64,000 nt of DNA from Minisyncoccota bacterium (GCA_041666915.1 JBAYFZ010000001.1:9086-73085); one strand, 5' to 3'. Positions 11,311-20,662 are shown, counted from the stretch's first letter. The notes: generated from the letters alone by a model not told the origin. Numbers and translations are program-made.

Positions 11311-11629
11311 AGGGACTCTCGTATTGATACCATTTCCGTTTACTGATTTATCTGGTCAAAAGGTACGACCAGCTCTTGTTTTGCATAATCAAAGAGGTGG
11401 AGAAGATTGTATAGTAGCTTTTATCTCATCGGTTCAAAATAAAAAAATTGGAGTTTACGATATACCAGTTGTTCCGTCATTAAGTAATGGACTTAAAGTT
11501 AATTCAACAATCAAAATTTCAAAGATTGCAACTTTACAGAAAAAGACAATTCTTGGAGAACTTGGTCAGTTGGAATCAGTGACTGTATCAAAAGTGAATG
11601 TTATGTTAAGAAAACTGTTCAGTATTTAA
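11303..11629 (+). CDS. PemK/MazF family toxin
   Basis: KGTLVLIPFPFTDLSGQKVRPALV signature. Confidence 0.9.
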   Translation: MYKGTLVLIPFPFTDLSGQKVRPALVLHNQRGGEDCIVAFISSVQNKKIGVYDIPVVPSLSNGLKVNSTIKISKIATLQKKTILGELGQLESVTVSKVNVMLRKLFSI

Positions 11630-11933
11630 GATACGGATGTATCCTTTTTTTGTAATAAAAAACGCACCTATTAAAAGATGCGTTCGGATTCCTTGCGCTC
11701 CTTCACGGCAGGACTAGCGATTGGTCGTGGCTATAAGCTTGCCTCTAATTGATAATGTGGATACGCCACAATATCTTTTAGTTTTTGTTACTATCAAGTC
11801 GTTGTACACACAACTTTTGTAATAAAGGCTTTCATACCAATCGGTCCAACAAAGTTTCCTTATCTGAAAGTGTATCCCTTTTCCTATCCCTGTCAATAGT
11901 GATACTTGAATTTTTGTAGGTTATACTTCACCT

Positions 11934-13868
11934 ATGAGTCGCACCACAGTAGAAGAAATAAAAGCTCGTATACCCATAGAGGAACTCATAGCTTCTTATG
12001 TGAAAGTGGAAAAGTCTGGCAGATCGCTCAAAGCTAGATGCCCATTTCATAATGAGAAAACCGCTTCCTTTTTCATCTCACCAGAACGTGGCGGGTATTA
12101 CTGTTTTGGTTGTGGAGCAAAAGGCGATATCTTTTCATTTGTTGAACAATTTGAAGGGCTTGATTTCAAAGGTGCACTCAAGGTCTTGGCAGAGAGGGCA
12201 GGAGTACCATTGGTGATGGATCAAAAAACTGATAGTGATAATGACAAATTATTTAAAATAACAGAAGAAGCTTGTAAATATTTTGAAGATCAATTCAAAA
12301 AATCAAAAGAAGCAGAGGCTTATGTAAACCGTCGCGGTGTTAGTCCAGAAACAAGAGGGAATTTTCGTATTGGTTGGGCTCCAGAAGGTTGGCAGAATCT
12401 ATTGAATTATTTAAAGACAAAAGGCTGGAATGAATCGGTTATTGAAAAGGCGGGGTTTATAAAGAAGAGAGATGGTGGCACGATAGCCGTCGCCGCTGGC
12501 GGAGCCATTTCCCCGACTGTTGCGAGCTTGTCGAGCAACACGAAGGGGAAACTGGCACAGCCAAAAGGCGACGGTGCTAGTTATAGTTCTTCAAATTATT
12601 ACGACCGTTTTCGTGGCCGAGTAATGTTTCCTATCACTGATTCTAGTGGAAGAGTCGTCGCTTTTACCGGACGTATTCTCAAAGAGGATGATAAAAATGC
12701 AAAATATTTGAATAGTCCAGAAACTCCTATTTTTACAAAATCTCAAATATTATTTGGTCTAGATAAAGCAAAGACTGAAATCCGTCGCGTCGGTTATTCT
12801 ATCCTTGTAGAAGGTCAAATGGATCTCGTGCTCTCACATCAAGTCGGAGTCAAAAACGCCATCGCTGCTTCTGGAACCGCTCTTACAGATCAGAGTCAAG
12901 GTGAAAGTGGAGTTATCAGTAATCTCGGTATGGTCAGACGTCTAAGTTCAAATATGATTATTGCTCTTGATTCCGATAAGGCTGGTCGTACCGCTGCTAT
13001 GCGTGCTGTCGCAGCTACGGCACTTTCCATGGGCATGTCGGTCAAGATTGCAGATATAGAAGGTGGTAAAGATCCTGCAGATCTCATCTTGGACAATCCT
13101 GAAAATTGGAAAAATGTTCTCAAGAATTCTAAACATGTTATTGAATTTGAACTCGGTAATGTTTTGAAAGAAGTTCCAGATTCACAAAAATTGGGTAAAG
13201 CTGTTCGTGAAAGAGTTTTTCCATTTTTGGCGAGAATAGATAGTGAGATGGATAAAGCCTATTTCGTAAAGATTATTGCTGAGAAATCAGGTTTGAATGA
13301 ACAATCCGTCTGGGAGGATTTGAGAAAATTTGAAAAGACAATGAAACAGACTTCGGCAAGTTCCACCAATCAATCATCAGTTTCAAATAATTTAGCTTCA
13401 TCTGCTGTACAAAGACCTCTTAGTAGTGCAAAAACAAATAATATTTCTACTAATGCAGATAAAAATTCAGCCCATCGTCTGGATCTGGTTGAACGCAGAA
13501 TGTTCGGTCTTTTGAATTTGATGGAAACTTCTGGTATTGCTGATGCAAAAGAGTATCGTGAGAGAATCAAAAAAATTGCTGGTGATATTTATGAAGATAA
13601 GATAAATAAGATCACACCTATGATGGGTGACCTTTCTTTTGAAGCCGAAGCTTTTTATGGTAATGAAAAAGATCGTTTTAATATTCATATGAATGAACTC
13701 ATCTTCAATTTTGAAGAAGATCTTATCAATAAAGAACTCATAGAGACTATGGGTAAACTTCGTTCTGCCGAGAAAGCCGGTGACAACAAAACTGTTTCAG
13801 AGTTAGCTAAAAAATGTCAGGTTTTGTCTATGAGGAAGGCAGAGGTGGGGAAGCAGAGGAGGGTGTAA
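11934..13868 (+). CDS. dnaG: DNA primase
   Basis: CPFHNEKT Zn finger, YDRFRGRVMFPI, KYLNSPET, TOPRIM EG/DSD. Confidence 0.98.
   Translation: MSRTTVEEIKARIPIEELIASYVKVEKSGRSLKARCPFHNEKTASFFISPERGGYYCFGCGAKGDIFSFVEQFEGLDFKGALKVLAERAGVPLVMDQKTDSDNDKLFKITEEACKYFEDQFKKSKEAEAYVNRRGVSPETRGNFRIGWAPEGWQNLLNYLKTKGWNESVIEKAGFIKKRDGGTIAVAAGGAISPTVASLSSNTKGKLAQPKGDGASYSSSNYYDRFRGRVMFPITDSSGRVVAFTGRILKEDDKNAKYLNSPETPIFTKSQILFGLDKAKTEIRRVGYSILVEGQMDLVLSHQVGVKNAIAASGTALTDQSQGESGVISNLGMVRRLSSNMIIALDSDKAGRTAAMRAVAATALSMGMSVKIADIEGGKDPADLILDNPENWKNVLKNSKHVIEFELGNVLKEVPDSQKLGKAVRERVFPFLARIDSEMDKAYFVKIIAEKSGLNEQSVWEDLRKFEKTMKQTSASSTNQSSVSNNLASSAVQRPLSSAKTNNISTNADKNSAHRLDLVERRMFGLLNLMETSGIADAKEYRERIKKIAGDIYEDKINKITPMMGDLSFEAEAFYGNEKDRFNIHMNELIFNFEEDLINKELIETMGKLRSAEKAGDNKTVSELAKKCQVLSMRKAEVGKQRRV
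12484..12579. repeat. 96-nt palindromic element in frame within dnaG
   Basis: Nested arms CCGTCGCC/GGCGACGG, GCTG/CAGC, GCCA/TGGC, TTTCCCC/GGGGAAA, TGTTGC/GCAACA. Confidence 0.75.
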
Positions 13869-13948
13869 TTCAATATGAAGTGGAATTTTATATAAAAAAC
13901 CCCCGTCACCAACTTGGCAATGGGGGATTGTGTCTAGGCAACTTGTTC

Positions 13949-14329
13949 TTAAAGTTTTTGAGGGACGGTAATCTTCTGTAAGTCCTCCAACTTGTTCTGG
14001 CTTTTTTCCGTCAGCCTCTGGATTTCTTTGAGGAGGTCGCCGACGAAGTCCTGATCAACGAGTCTAATAATCTGATGTATTTGGTCATGTCTAAGACTTG
14101 GTCCATTCGTGCTATAGAGGTTAATCTCTGTTTCAGTATCGAAACAGACACAACGGAAGATTCCCTCATTGATTGCGACTTGGAACGGTAGAATGACATT
14201 TTTCGGTACATTTTTGTCAATCCAACGTAGGAGTTCAATGAATTCATTGATTATTCGCCACTTTTCAGTCGCAATTGCATCGTCTGTCTGTTTTAAACTG
14301 TCTACTGCTTGCTCAATAATTTGATTCAT
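13949..14329 (-). CDS. Hypothetical protein
   Basis: 126-aa ORF with AAGGA upstream and a hairpin downstream. Confidence 0.65.
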   Translation of the reverse strand: MNQIIEQAVDSLKQTDDAIATEKWRIINEFIELLRWIDKNVPKNVILPFQVAINEGIFRCVCFDTETEINLYSTNGPSLRHDQIHQIIRLVDQDFVGDLLKEIQRLTEKSQNKLEDLQKITVPQKL

Positions 14330-14360
14330 AATTTTCCTTTGTCTATGTCTTGTTGTTTGT

Positions 14361-14865
14361 TTACACTTGCTGAAGTGCAGTAGCTACTGCATCAATAAGT
14401 GTCATCGTTCTGCTTATTTTTCCACTTGTGAGTGTTGAATGTGGATCAGTTGGGTCACCACCGAGTTGCTCGGTGATAATTGATCCGACTGTTGTTGTTT
14501 TGAATCCACGCTTTTCGGCAATTCGCACACACTCCTCAGGAAATTGAATTCCTTTTGAAGCTGTAATGATTTTTCGATTTCCAGCAAGAATTACGATGAT
14601 TGCAATATCGAGACTAACTGAAGGGTGGTTGATTCGAAAGATTCCACTCTCAATACCAATCGTCAGATTGTCAGGAAATTGGAATTTCGCAGCAGTAGCG
14701 CGAGTGAGAGCGCCAGCAAAGGTTCTCCTCGAAACCTACTGGTTGTTCATTTTGTCCAGATGGAGCTTTCACTCCATTGATAATCACTTCAAGCTTTAAT
14801 TTCTCACAAGCCTGGCGCACCGCATCGAGCTTATGGATACTTGTAGAACCAACTGTTATGTTCAT
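14361..14865 (-). pseudogene. yjjX: Inosine/xanthosine triphosphatase (YjjX/DUF84), frameshifted
   Basis: MNITVGSTSIHKLDAV...SGQNEQPVGFEE, one extra base near 14723, then TFAGALTRA...IGIESG...LTSGKISRT...QV*; 505 bp = 168 codons + 1. Confidence 0.8.
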
Positions 14866-15166
14866 TTTAAGCCTTGGTTGAATGTTGTATGTCAAAAAAC
14901 TATACATAAATACGATAGCATTATATAGATGTTATGTCAATACTGAATCACTGAATTCTCATTCTAAATGCGATAAAGTTTGCAGGCTAATTGCAACACC
15001 CTTTTAAAGGTTCATATGCTGGTTCTATCTTAAAAAGAACCCAATTAAGTGGACTTTTATCAGACAAGGTATAAAATACATGCACCGTGGCCATTGCGGC
15101 CTCCGAGATTCCCCGCCATAAGGCGGGGTTTCGCCTCCTAGGATTAATTTAAATATTTTTATAATC

Positions 15167-15240
15167 AAAACAAAATCCGCTTTTCAGCGGATTTTGCAGA
15201 ACTTTTCGGGTTCTTTTGAGAGTTCTGTTTTAGCAACCTA
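15167..15240 (-). ncRNA. Candidate ~74-nt sRNA antisense to the neighbouring tRNA-like RNA
   Basis: Own promoter and terminator (CAAAATCCGC/GCGGATTTTG + U tract); 5' 18 nt complementary to the anticodon arm encoded at 15325-15342. Confidence 0.6.
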
Positions 15241-15245
15241 GTAAC

Positions 15246-15275
15246 ATTATAGCATTTTAGTTTATTGAAAAGCAA
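15246..15275 (-). promoter_or_regulatory. Sigma70 promoter of the candidate sRNA
   Basis: TTGCTT, 18-bp spacer, TGcTATAAT on minus strand. Confidence 0.7.
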
Positions 15276-15291
15276 GTTCCATATAATATTG

Positions 15292-15361
15292 TGGACCATA
15301 CGGGAGTCGAACCCGCAAAGTTCTGGTTGCTAAAACAGAACTGACGCCGCGTCAATGGCCC
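15292..15361 (-). ncRNA. Non-canonical tRNA-like RNA with alanine identity elements
   Basis: Acceptor GGGCCAU/AUGGUCC-A with G3:U70; T arm GCGGG-UUCGACU-CCCGU; mini D arm GACG-CGG-CGUC; 6-bp stem with 10-nt loop UUUUAGCAAC. Confidence 0.75.
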
Positions 15362-15386
15362 ACTGAAGGTTTTCACCTTCAAGATT

Positions 15387-15438
15387 GATAATATCAAACC
15401 GAGTTAAAATCCTGATAAAGAAAGGTTAAAGAAACAAT
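15387..15438 (-). promoter_or_regulatory. 52-bp promoter/operator element shared with the pilB operon
   Basis: 48/52 identical to 29868-29919; ends in extended -10 TGaTATTAT. Confidence 0.8.
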
Positions 15439-15546
15439 GAAGAAAAATAAGCCCAATTTCCTTGCATTTTCCTAAAAAATAGTGCATAATCATGACCTAA
15501 TATACTAATGGCTTCCCGAGGGTGTGGCCAAACAAATACATATAAT

Positions 15547-16062
15547 ATGGAAAATAATAACCGAGGAGGTGGTAGAAGTTTCGGTGGTAACCGTGATGGC
15601 GGTTCTAGATTCGGTGGTGGAGGTTTCAAAAAGGGAGGTTTTGGTGGTAACAGGGGTGGTGGTAGAAGTTTCGGTGGCGATAGAGAAGTAACTATGCATG
15701 ATGCTGTTTGCGCAGATTGTCACAAGCCTTGCCAAGTTCCTTTTCGTCCAACCAACGATCGTCCAGTTTATTGTAAAGATTGTTTTACCAAAAACGGTGG
15801 TCTTGCGGGCAAATCTAGATCAAATGATCTTGCTAAAAAAGATTTTGGTAACAAGCCACAATTCAATTCAAGTTTCAAACCACAAGCAGATTCCAATTTT
15901 TCTTCAAATAGTGAAGTAAAGAAACAGTTGGAAGCTTTGAATATTAAAATAGATAGTCTGATTAGAACAGTTGAGGCTATGAAGCCAGTGAAAGTTGAGG
16001 TTAAAGAGACAGTTAAGTCAGTTAAGAAAGCTAAGACTGTAAAGGCCAAGAAGACCAAGTAA
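15547..16062 (+). CDS. CxxC-x17-CxxC domain protein with RGG-rich N-terminus
   Basis: MHDAVCADCHKPCQVPFRPTNDRPVYCKDCF; Gly/Arg-rich repeats. Confidence 0.9.
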   Translation: MENNNRGGGRSFGGNRDGGSRFGGGGFKKGGFGGNRGGGRSFGGDREVTMHDAVCADCHKPCQVPFRPTNDRPVYCKDCFTKNGGLAGKSRSNDLAKKDFGNKPQFNSSFKPQADSNFSSNSEVKKQLEALNIKIDSLIRTVEAMKPVKVEVKETVKSVKKAKTVKAKKTK

Positions 16063-16068
16063 TAGTGA

Positions 16069-16181
16069 GAATTTCTAATTTTTAATTACTAATTACTAAA
16101 TAAATCCCAATAAACAAGCTCCAATTAGACATTGGAATTTGGTCATTTCTTAGAAATTAAAAATTAGTAATTAGAAATTTT
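16069..16181. repeat. 113-bp AT-rich palindromic element, copy 1
   Basis: About 93% identical to 17471-17583; arms built of 7-nt AATT(T/A)CT/AATTTTT units. Confidence 0.9.
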
Positions 16182-16250
16182 GTTCTTAATATGGCTTGCG
16201 TAATCTCTAAAAATACCTTAGAATCTGCTTACTTAATATAAATTCTCCAT

Positions 16251-17480
16251 ATGAGTAAAACAAAAAAGACGACCAAAACGGCTCGTAAATCCTCTAGTCC
16301 TTCTCCAAAAAAGAAGGCTTTGCATGCAAAAAAAGATAAAACAAAGAAGGCAAAGTCTTCAGGATCTTCATCTAAAGTCGCAAAGGTAACCAAGGGTAAC
16401 AAAGCTCAGGATTTTGAGACACGTTCAAACAAACTCATTTCAAAAGGACGTGATCGTGGTTTCGTAACTTATGATGAGATTTTGAAAGAGTTCCCACAGA
16501 TTGAAAACGATATAACTTTTCTCGATGAACTTTACGCCAAACTCGTTACTGCCAACGTTGATGTCCTTGAAGGTGGAGGTTTGTTAGAGGTTGAAGATTT
16601 GAGTCACAAAAAAGTTGCTCCACATATGTCTCGTGGTGCAGATTCTGCCTATGATTCTATTCAAATGTATTTGAAAGAGATCGGTCAGTACCCACTTATC
16701 AACGCTGCACAAGAAAAAGATTTGGCACGAAGAATATTGGCAGGTGATACAGAAGCAAAAAATCTTCTCGCTAAAGCCAACCTTCGTCTCGTTGTCTCTA
16801 TTGCTAAAAAGTATGTTGGTCGCAGTCCAGACCTTACATTGCTTGACCTTATCCAAGAAGGAAACTTGGGACTATTCCGCGCAGTAGATAAGTTTGATTG
16901 GACAAAAGGTTTCAAATTCTCAACTTACGCCACATGGTGGATTAGACAAGCTATTACTCGTGCTCTGGCTGACCAAAGTAGAACTATTCGTGTACCAGTG
17001 CATATGGTGGAAACTATTGCCAAGTATAAACAAGTTGTCAGACGTTTGAGTCATGACCTCGGTCGCGAACCTCTAGCAGATGAGATCGCTATGGAAATGG
17101 ATATGGCCGTAGAAAAGATCTATCAGATTGAAAAGATTGAACAAGATGTTGTCTCTTTGGAAAGTCCAGTTGGTGACGATAGTGACGATGGTAAATCTAC
17201 ACTCCAAGATTTTATTGCTGATGACAAGATTCTTTCACCAGATCAAGAGTCTTCACGCAGAATTCTACGTGATCAGGTCAATATGATCTTGAATGATCTT
17301 TCAGAAAAAGAACGCAAGATTCTAGAAATGCGTCATGGTTTGAACGATGGTATCACTCATACACTAGAAGAAGTTGGAAGAGAGTTCGGAGTTACTCGCG
17401 AACGTATTCGTCAGATTGAAGCCAAGGCTCACGAAAAGATTCGCCAGCATGACAAGATTAACAGACTCAAGAATTACTAA
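16251..17480 (+). CDS. rpoD: Primary sigma factor sigma70
   Basis: [47 protein letters not shown]. Confidence 0.98.
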   Translation: MSKTKKTTKTARKSSSPSPKKKALHAKKDKTKKAKSSGSSSKVAKVTKGNKAQDFETRSNKLISKGRDRGFVTYDEILKEFPQIENDITFLDELYAKLVTANVDVLEGGGLLEVEDLSHKKVAPHMSRGADSAYDSIQMYLKEIGQYPLINAAQEKDLARRILAGDTEAKNLLAKANLRLVVSIAKKYVGRSPDLTLLDLIQEGNLGLFRAVDKFDWTKGFKFSTYATWWIRQAITRALADQSRTIRVPVHMVETIAKYKQVVRRLSHDLGREPLADEIAMEMDMAVEKIYQIEKIEQDVVSLESPVGDDSDDGKSTLQDFIADDKILSPDQESSRRILRDQVNMILNDLSEKERKILEMRHGLNDGITHTLEEVGREFGVTRERIRQIEAKAHEKIRQHDKINRLKNY

Positions 17481-17583
17481 TTTTTAATTACTAATTTCTA
17501 AATAAATCCCAATGAGTAAGTCCTAATTAGACATTGGAATTTGGTCATTTCTTAGAAATTAAAAATTAGTAATTAGAAATTTT
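17471..17583. repeat. 113-bp AT-rich palindromic element, copy 2 (overlaps rpoD stop)
   Basis: Direct repeat of 16069-16181. Confidence 0.9.
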
Positions 17584-17638
17584 CTAAGTTCTTACCTCTG
17601 AGTATTTACTTACTATAAATTAGCATTATACTTCAAGA

Positions 17639-20600
17639 ATGCCTCGAAATCAGAATACTACCGAATTTGATAAGCTTTATGGCTTCTTGAATATACCCCA
17701 AAAAATGGCTGTAGATACCGTAGAAGGTCCGGTAGTTGTTATTGCTGGACCGGGAACAGGAAAGACCACGGTGCTCACTTTGCGTATAGCAAATATTTTG
17801 AAGAAGACCGACACTGCACCAGAAAATATCCTAGCTCTCACTTTTACCGAATCTGGAGCTTATGTTATGCGACGTAAACTTATGGAGATCATTGGTCCAG
17901 ATGCTTACAAGGTAAATATTCATACATTTCATGGTTTTGCAGAAAAGATTATTCAAGAATATCCAGATTATTTTTCTAGGATTATTGGATCAAAGATTAT
18001 TACTGACGCTGAGCAGGTTAAGATTGTGGAAAAACTTATTCAAGCTCGCGATGTGAAAATTTTACGTCCTTTTGGAGATCCTGGATATTATGTTAAGTCG
18101 GTTTTGAATGAAATACATCTATTGAAGAGAGAAAATATTTCTCCTGAAAAATTACTGAAAAGTGTAAAAGAGGACATGAACGACCCATCTAGATTTGTAA
18201 AAGGGGATAAGGAATTGTCGGCCACCGAAATTGAAAAACTGGAAAAGAGAAATGAGAAAAATCTGGAGTTAGCTGGAATATACAAAAAATACGAAGGGGA
18301 ATTGTCTGAACAAAAATATTACGATTTTGACGATATGCTTTTGGAATTGATAAGAGCTATGGAAAAAGAGCCTATGCTCAAACTTTTTCTTCAGGAAGTT
18401 TACCAATATATCTTGGCTGATGAACATCAAGATGCTAACGCTTCCCAAAATAGAATATTGGAATTGTTAGCAGATTTTCATGATTCTCCAAACTTGTTTA
18501 TTGTCGGTGATGATAAACAGGCTATATATAGATTCCAAGGAGCTTCTTTGGAAAACTTTTTGTATTTTTCCAAAAAATATAAAGATGCTGTAGTCATTGA
18601 ACTTACTCATAACTATCGTTCACATCAGGGTATTTTGGATGCTTCACATAGTCTTATTGTGAATAATCCTAGTGTTCATGGGCGTGATTTACCAAAATTA
18701 TTATCCCTACAAGTTGGTAGTAAGCCAATATTCATAGATGAATTTTCTACTAAAAATGATGAGTTAGAATATTTGGCCAACATTATGGAACGTCTGATAA
18801 AAAAAGGTGAGAAGCCAGAAGAGATAGCTATTTTGTATCGTGAGAATAAAGAAGCCAAAGCAGTGGCTGAAGCTTTGAGATTCCATGGCGTAGTTTGTCG
18901 TATTGAATCAGATCACAACATTCTAGATGATGTTGATTCTGCAAAAGTTATTGCCATTTGCCGAGCTATACACGATCCATCCAATAGTGAATTGTTGGGC
19001 AAAGCCCTACTACTTTCCGAACTCGGTTGTAGCCCAGCTTCTGTCTCGGAAATTTTCAATCATGCTAGTCGCGAAAGAATATCATTATATAAAATAATTG
19101 AAGAACTTTTGGCTGGTAAAAAGTGGCCACAACTTAGAGATTTTATCGGCCCTTCTAGGTTAAATGAAATTAAGAGTGCTTATAAAAAGATTACCACTTG
19201 GTCAGGGGAATCTCAGACGATGGCTTTTCCAGATTTCTTGCAGAAATTGATACAAGAAACAAATTTGTTGGCATCAATAGTTTCTGCACCAAATTCGTTG
19301 GAAAGATTGGCTTCGTTGGAAGTTTTATTTGAAAAAGTCGTAAAAGCTTCTTCATCCAAGAAGACATTTTATCTGGCTGACTTTATAGAATATATAGATA
19401 TAGTCAGCAATCACGGTATCATGACCAAGCGCACTTTCACGGATCATGTCGGCGGTGTACGTCTCATGACTGCTCATCGTGCCAAAGGTTTGGAATTCAA
19501 TCATGTTTTTATTGTTAATGCTGTAGATGGAGTTTGGGGCAATCGTACAAGGCGAAATCATTTTTCCGTTCCAGTCATAGAACATGCTCGTGATGTTGGT
19601 AGGATTGAAGATGAGCGTCGTCTATTTTACGTAGCCATGACTCGAGCTCGTGAATCTATAAACATTTCTTATGCGAGGTTTAATGATGAAAAGGAAACTG
19701 TCAGAAGTCAGTTTTTATCTGAAATAGAACCAACTCTTATTTCTTTCAATAAACCAGAAACTTTAAACAGTCCAGATTTTTTTATTCGTAAGATGAAAAC
19801 TCCACATGCTACACCAGCGGTTTCTATACTCAATCCAGACTTCGTCAGATCAAAGTTTTTGTCACAACCTTTTTCTGTTACTCATTTGAATAGCTATCTG
19901 GAATGCCCGTGGCGTTACTTCTTCGTAAATCTTGTCAGGGTGCCACAGGCGCAAAATAAGCATCAAATGTATGGAACAGCTATACACTCGGCTTTAAGGG
20001 CCTTTTTTGAGGCTTATAAGATAGAAAGAGACATGTCCAAGAAGGAATTAGTTGATATTTTCAAGCATTATTTGGATAGACAGCCTATGTCCACAGATGA
20101 TCGTCAGGATTCATTCAAAAAGGGAAAAGAAGCTTTGGAAGGATATTTTTCTACATACAATGGTAGTTGGGATCGTAACTTGCTTACGGAGTATGCTGTT
20201 AAAGCTGTGGAACTTGAATTAAATATTAAAAATCAAAAAGATAAAAATTCTGTAAAAATAAAGTTATATCTTACGGGTAAACTTGATAAGGTTGAACTTC
20301 TTGATGAGAAGAATGTCCTTGTCGTGGATTATAAAACTTCAAAACCTAAGTCTAGGAATGATATAGAAGGTAAGACAAAAACTGCCAATGGTAATTACAA
20401 ACGTCAGTTGGTTTTTTATAGATTACTTCTTGATGAAAGTAAGAAGTTTACTATGAAATATGGGGAGATAGATTTTATAGAACCTAACGAAAGGGGAAAA
20501 TTCAAGAAAGAACGATTTGAAATAACTGATAGAGAAGTTGAGGATATCAAATCTTTGATAGAAAAAACAGCAAAAGATATTGTTAATCTTTCTTTTATAG

Positions 20601-20662
20601 ATTCAAGTTGTGACGATAAGGAGTGTAGTTATTGCAGACTTGGAAGGCTTCTTAAGAGTTAA
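17639..20662 (+). CDS. UvrD/PcrA-family helicase with C-terminal PD-(D/E)xK nuclease
   Basis: AGPGTGKT, DEHQD, VGDDKQAIY, TAHRAKGLEF; GKLDKV...VDYKT; ECP plus CxxxxCxxC. Confidence 0.93.
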   Translation: MPRNQNTTEFDKLYGFLNIPQKMAVDTVEGPVVVIAGPGTGKTTVLTLRIANILKKTDTAPENILALTFTESGAYVMRRKLMEIIGPDAYKVNIHTFHGFAEKIIQEYPDYFSRIIGSKIITDAEQVKIVEKLIQARDVKILRPFGDPGYYVKSVLNEIHLLKRENISPEKLLKSVKEDMNDPSRFVKGDKELSATEIEKLEKRNEKNLELAGIYKKYEGELSEQKYYDFDDMLLELIRAMEKEPMLKLFLQEVYQYILADEHQDANASQNRILELLADFHDSPNLFIVGDDKQAIYRFQGASLENFLYFSKKYKDAVVIELTHNYRSHQGILDASHSLIVNNPSVHGRDLPKLLSLQVGSKPIFIDEFSTKNDELEYLANIMERLIKKGEKPEEIAILYRENKEAKAVAEALRFHGVVCRIESDHNILDDVDSAKVIAICRAIHDPSNSELLGKALLLSELGCSPASVSEIFNHASRERISLYKIIEELLAGKKWPQLRDFIGPSRLNEIKSAYKKITTWSGESQTMAFPDFLQKLIQETNLLASIVSAPNSLERLASLEVLFEKVVKASSSKKTFYLADFIEYIDIVSNHGIMTKRTFTDHVGGVRLMTAHRAKGLEFNHVFIVNAVDGVWGNRTRRNHFSVPVIEHARDVGRIEDERRLFYVAMTRARESINISYARFNDEKETVRSQFLSEIEPTLISFNKPETLNSPDFFIRKMKTPHATPAVSILNPDFVRSKFLSQPFSVTHLNSYLECPWRYFFVNLVRVPQAQNKHQMYGTAIHSALRAFFEAYKIERDMSKKELVDIFKHYLDRQPMSTDDRQDSFKKGKEALEGYFSTYNGSWDRNLLTEYAVKAVELELNIKNQKDKNSVKIKLYLTGKLDKVELLDEKNVLVVDYKTSKPKSRNDIEGKTKTANGNYKRQLVFYRLLLDESKKFTMKYGEIDFIEPNERGKFKKERFEITDREVEDIKSLIEKTAKDIVNLSFIDSSCDDKECSYCRLGRLLKS

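Noticed and set aside
11714-11896. 60-aa minus-strand ORF
   Set aside because: No motif or clear start signal, and it abuts the dnaG promoter region.
15221-15342. Prophage att-site duplication of a tRNA
   Set aside because: The 18-nt match is inverted and covers the anticodon arm; att duplications are direct repeats, and no integrase is in the window.
15167-15361. Standard or two-piece tmRNA
   Set aside because: It has G3:U70 and a T arm, but no pseudoknot region. The frame in the sRNA (AKTELSKEPEKFCKIR*) lacks a hydrophobic/Ala-Ala tag end, and the gene order is not that of permuted tmRNA.
16069-17583. CRISPR array or composite transposon
   Set aside because: Only two copies, no repeat-spacer periodicity, no cas or transposase gene.
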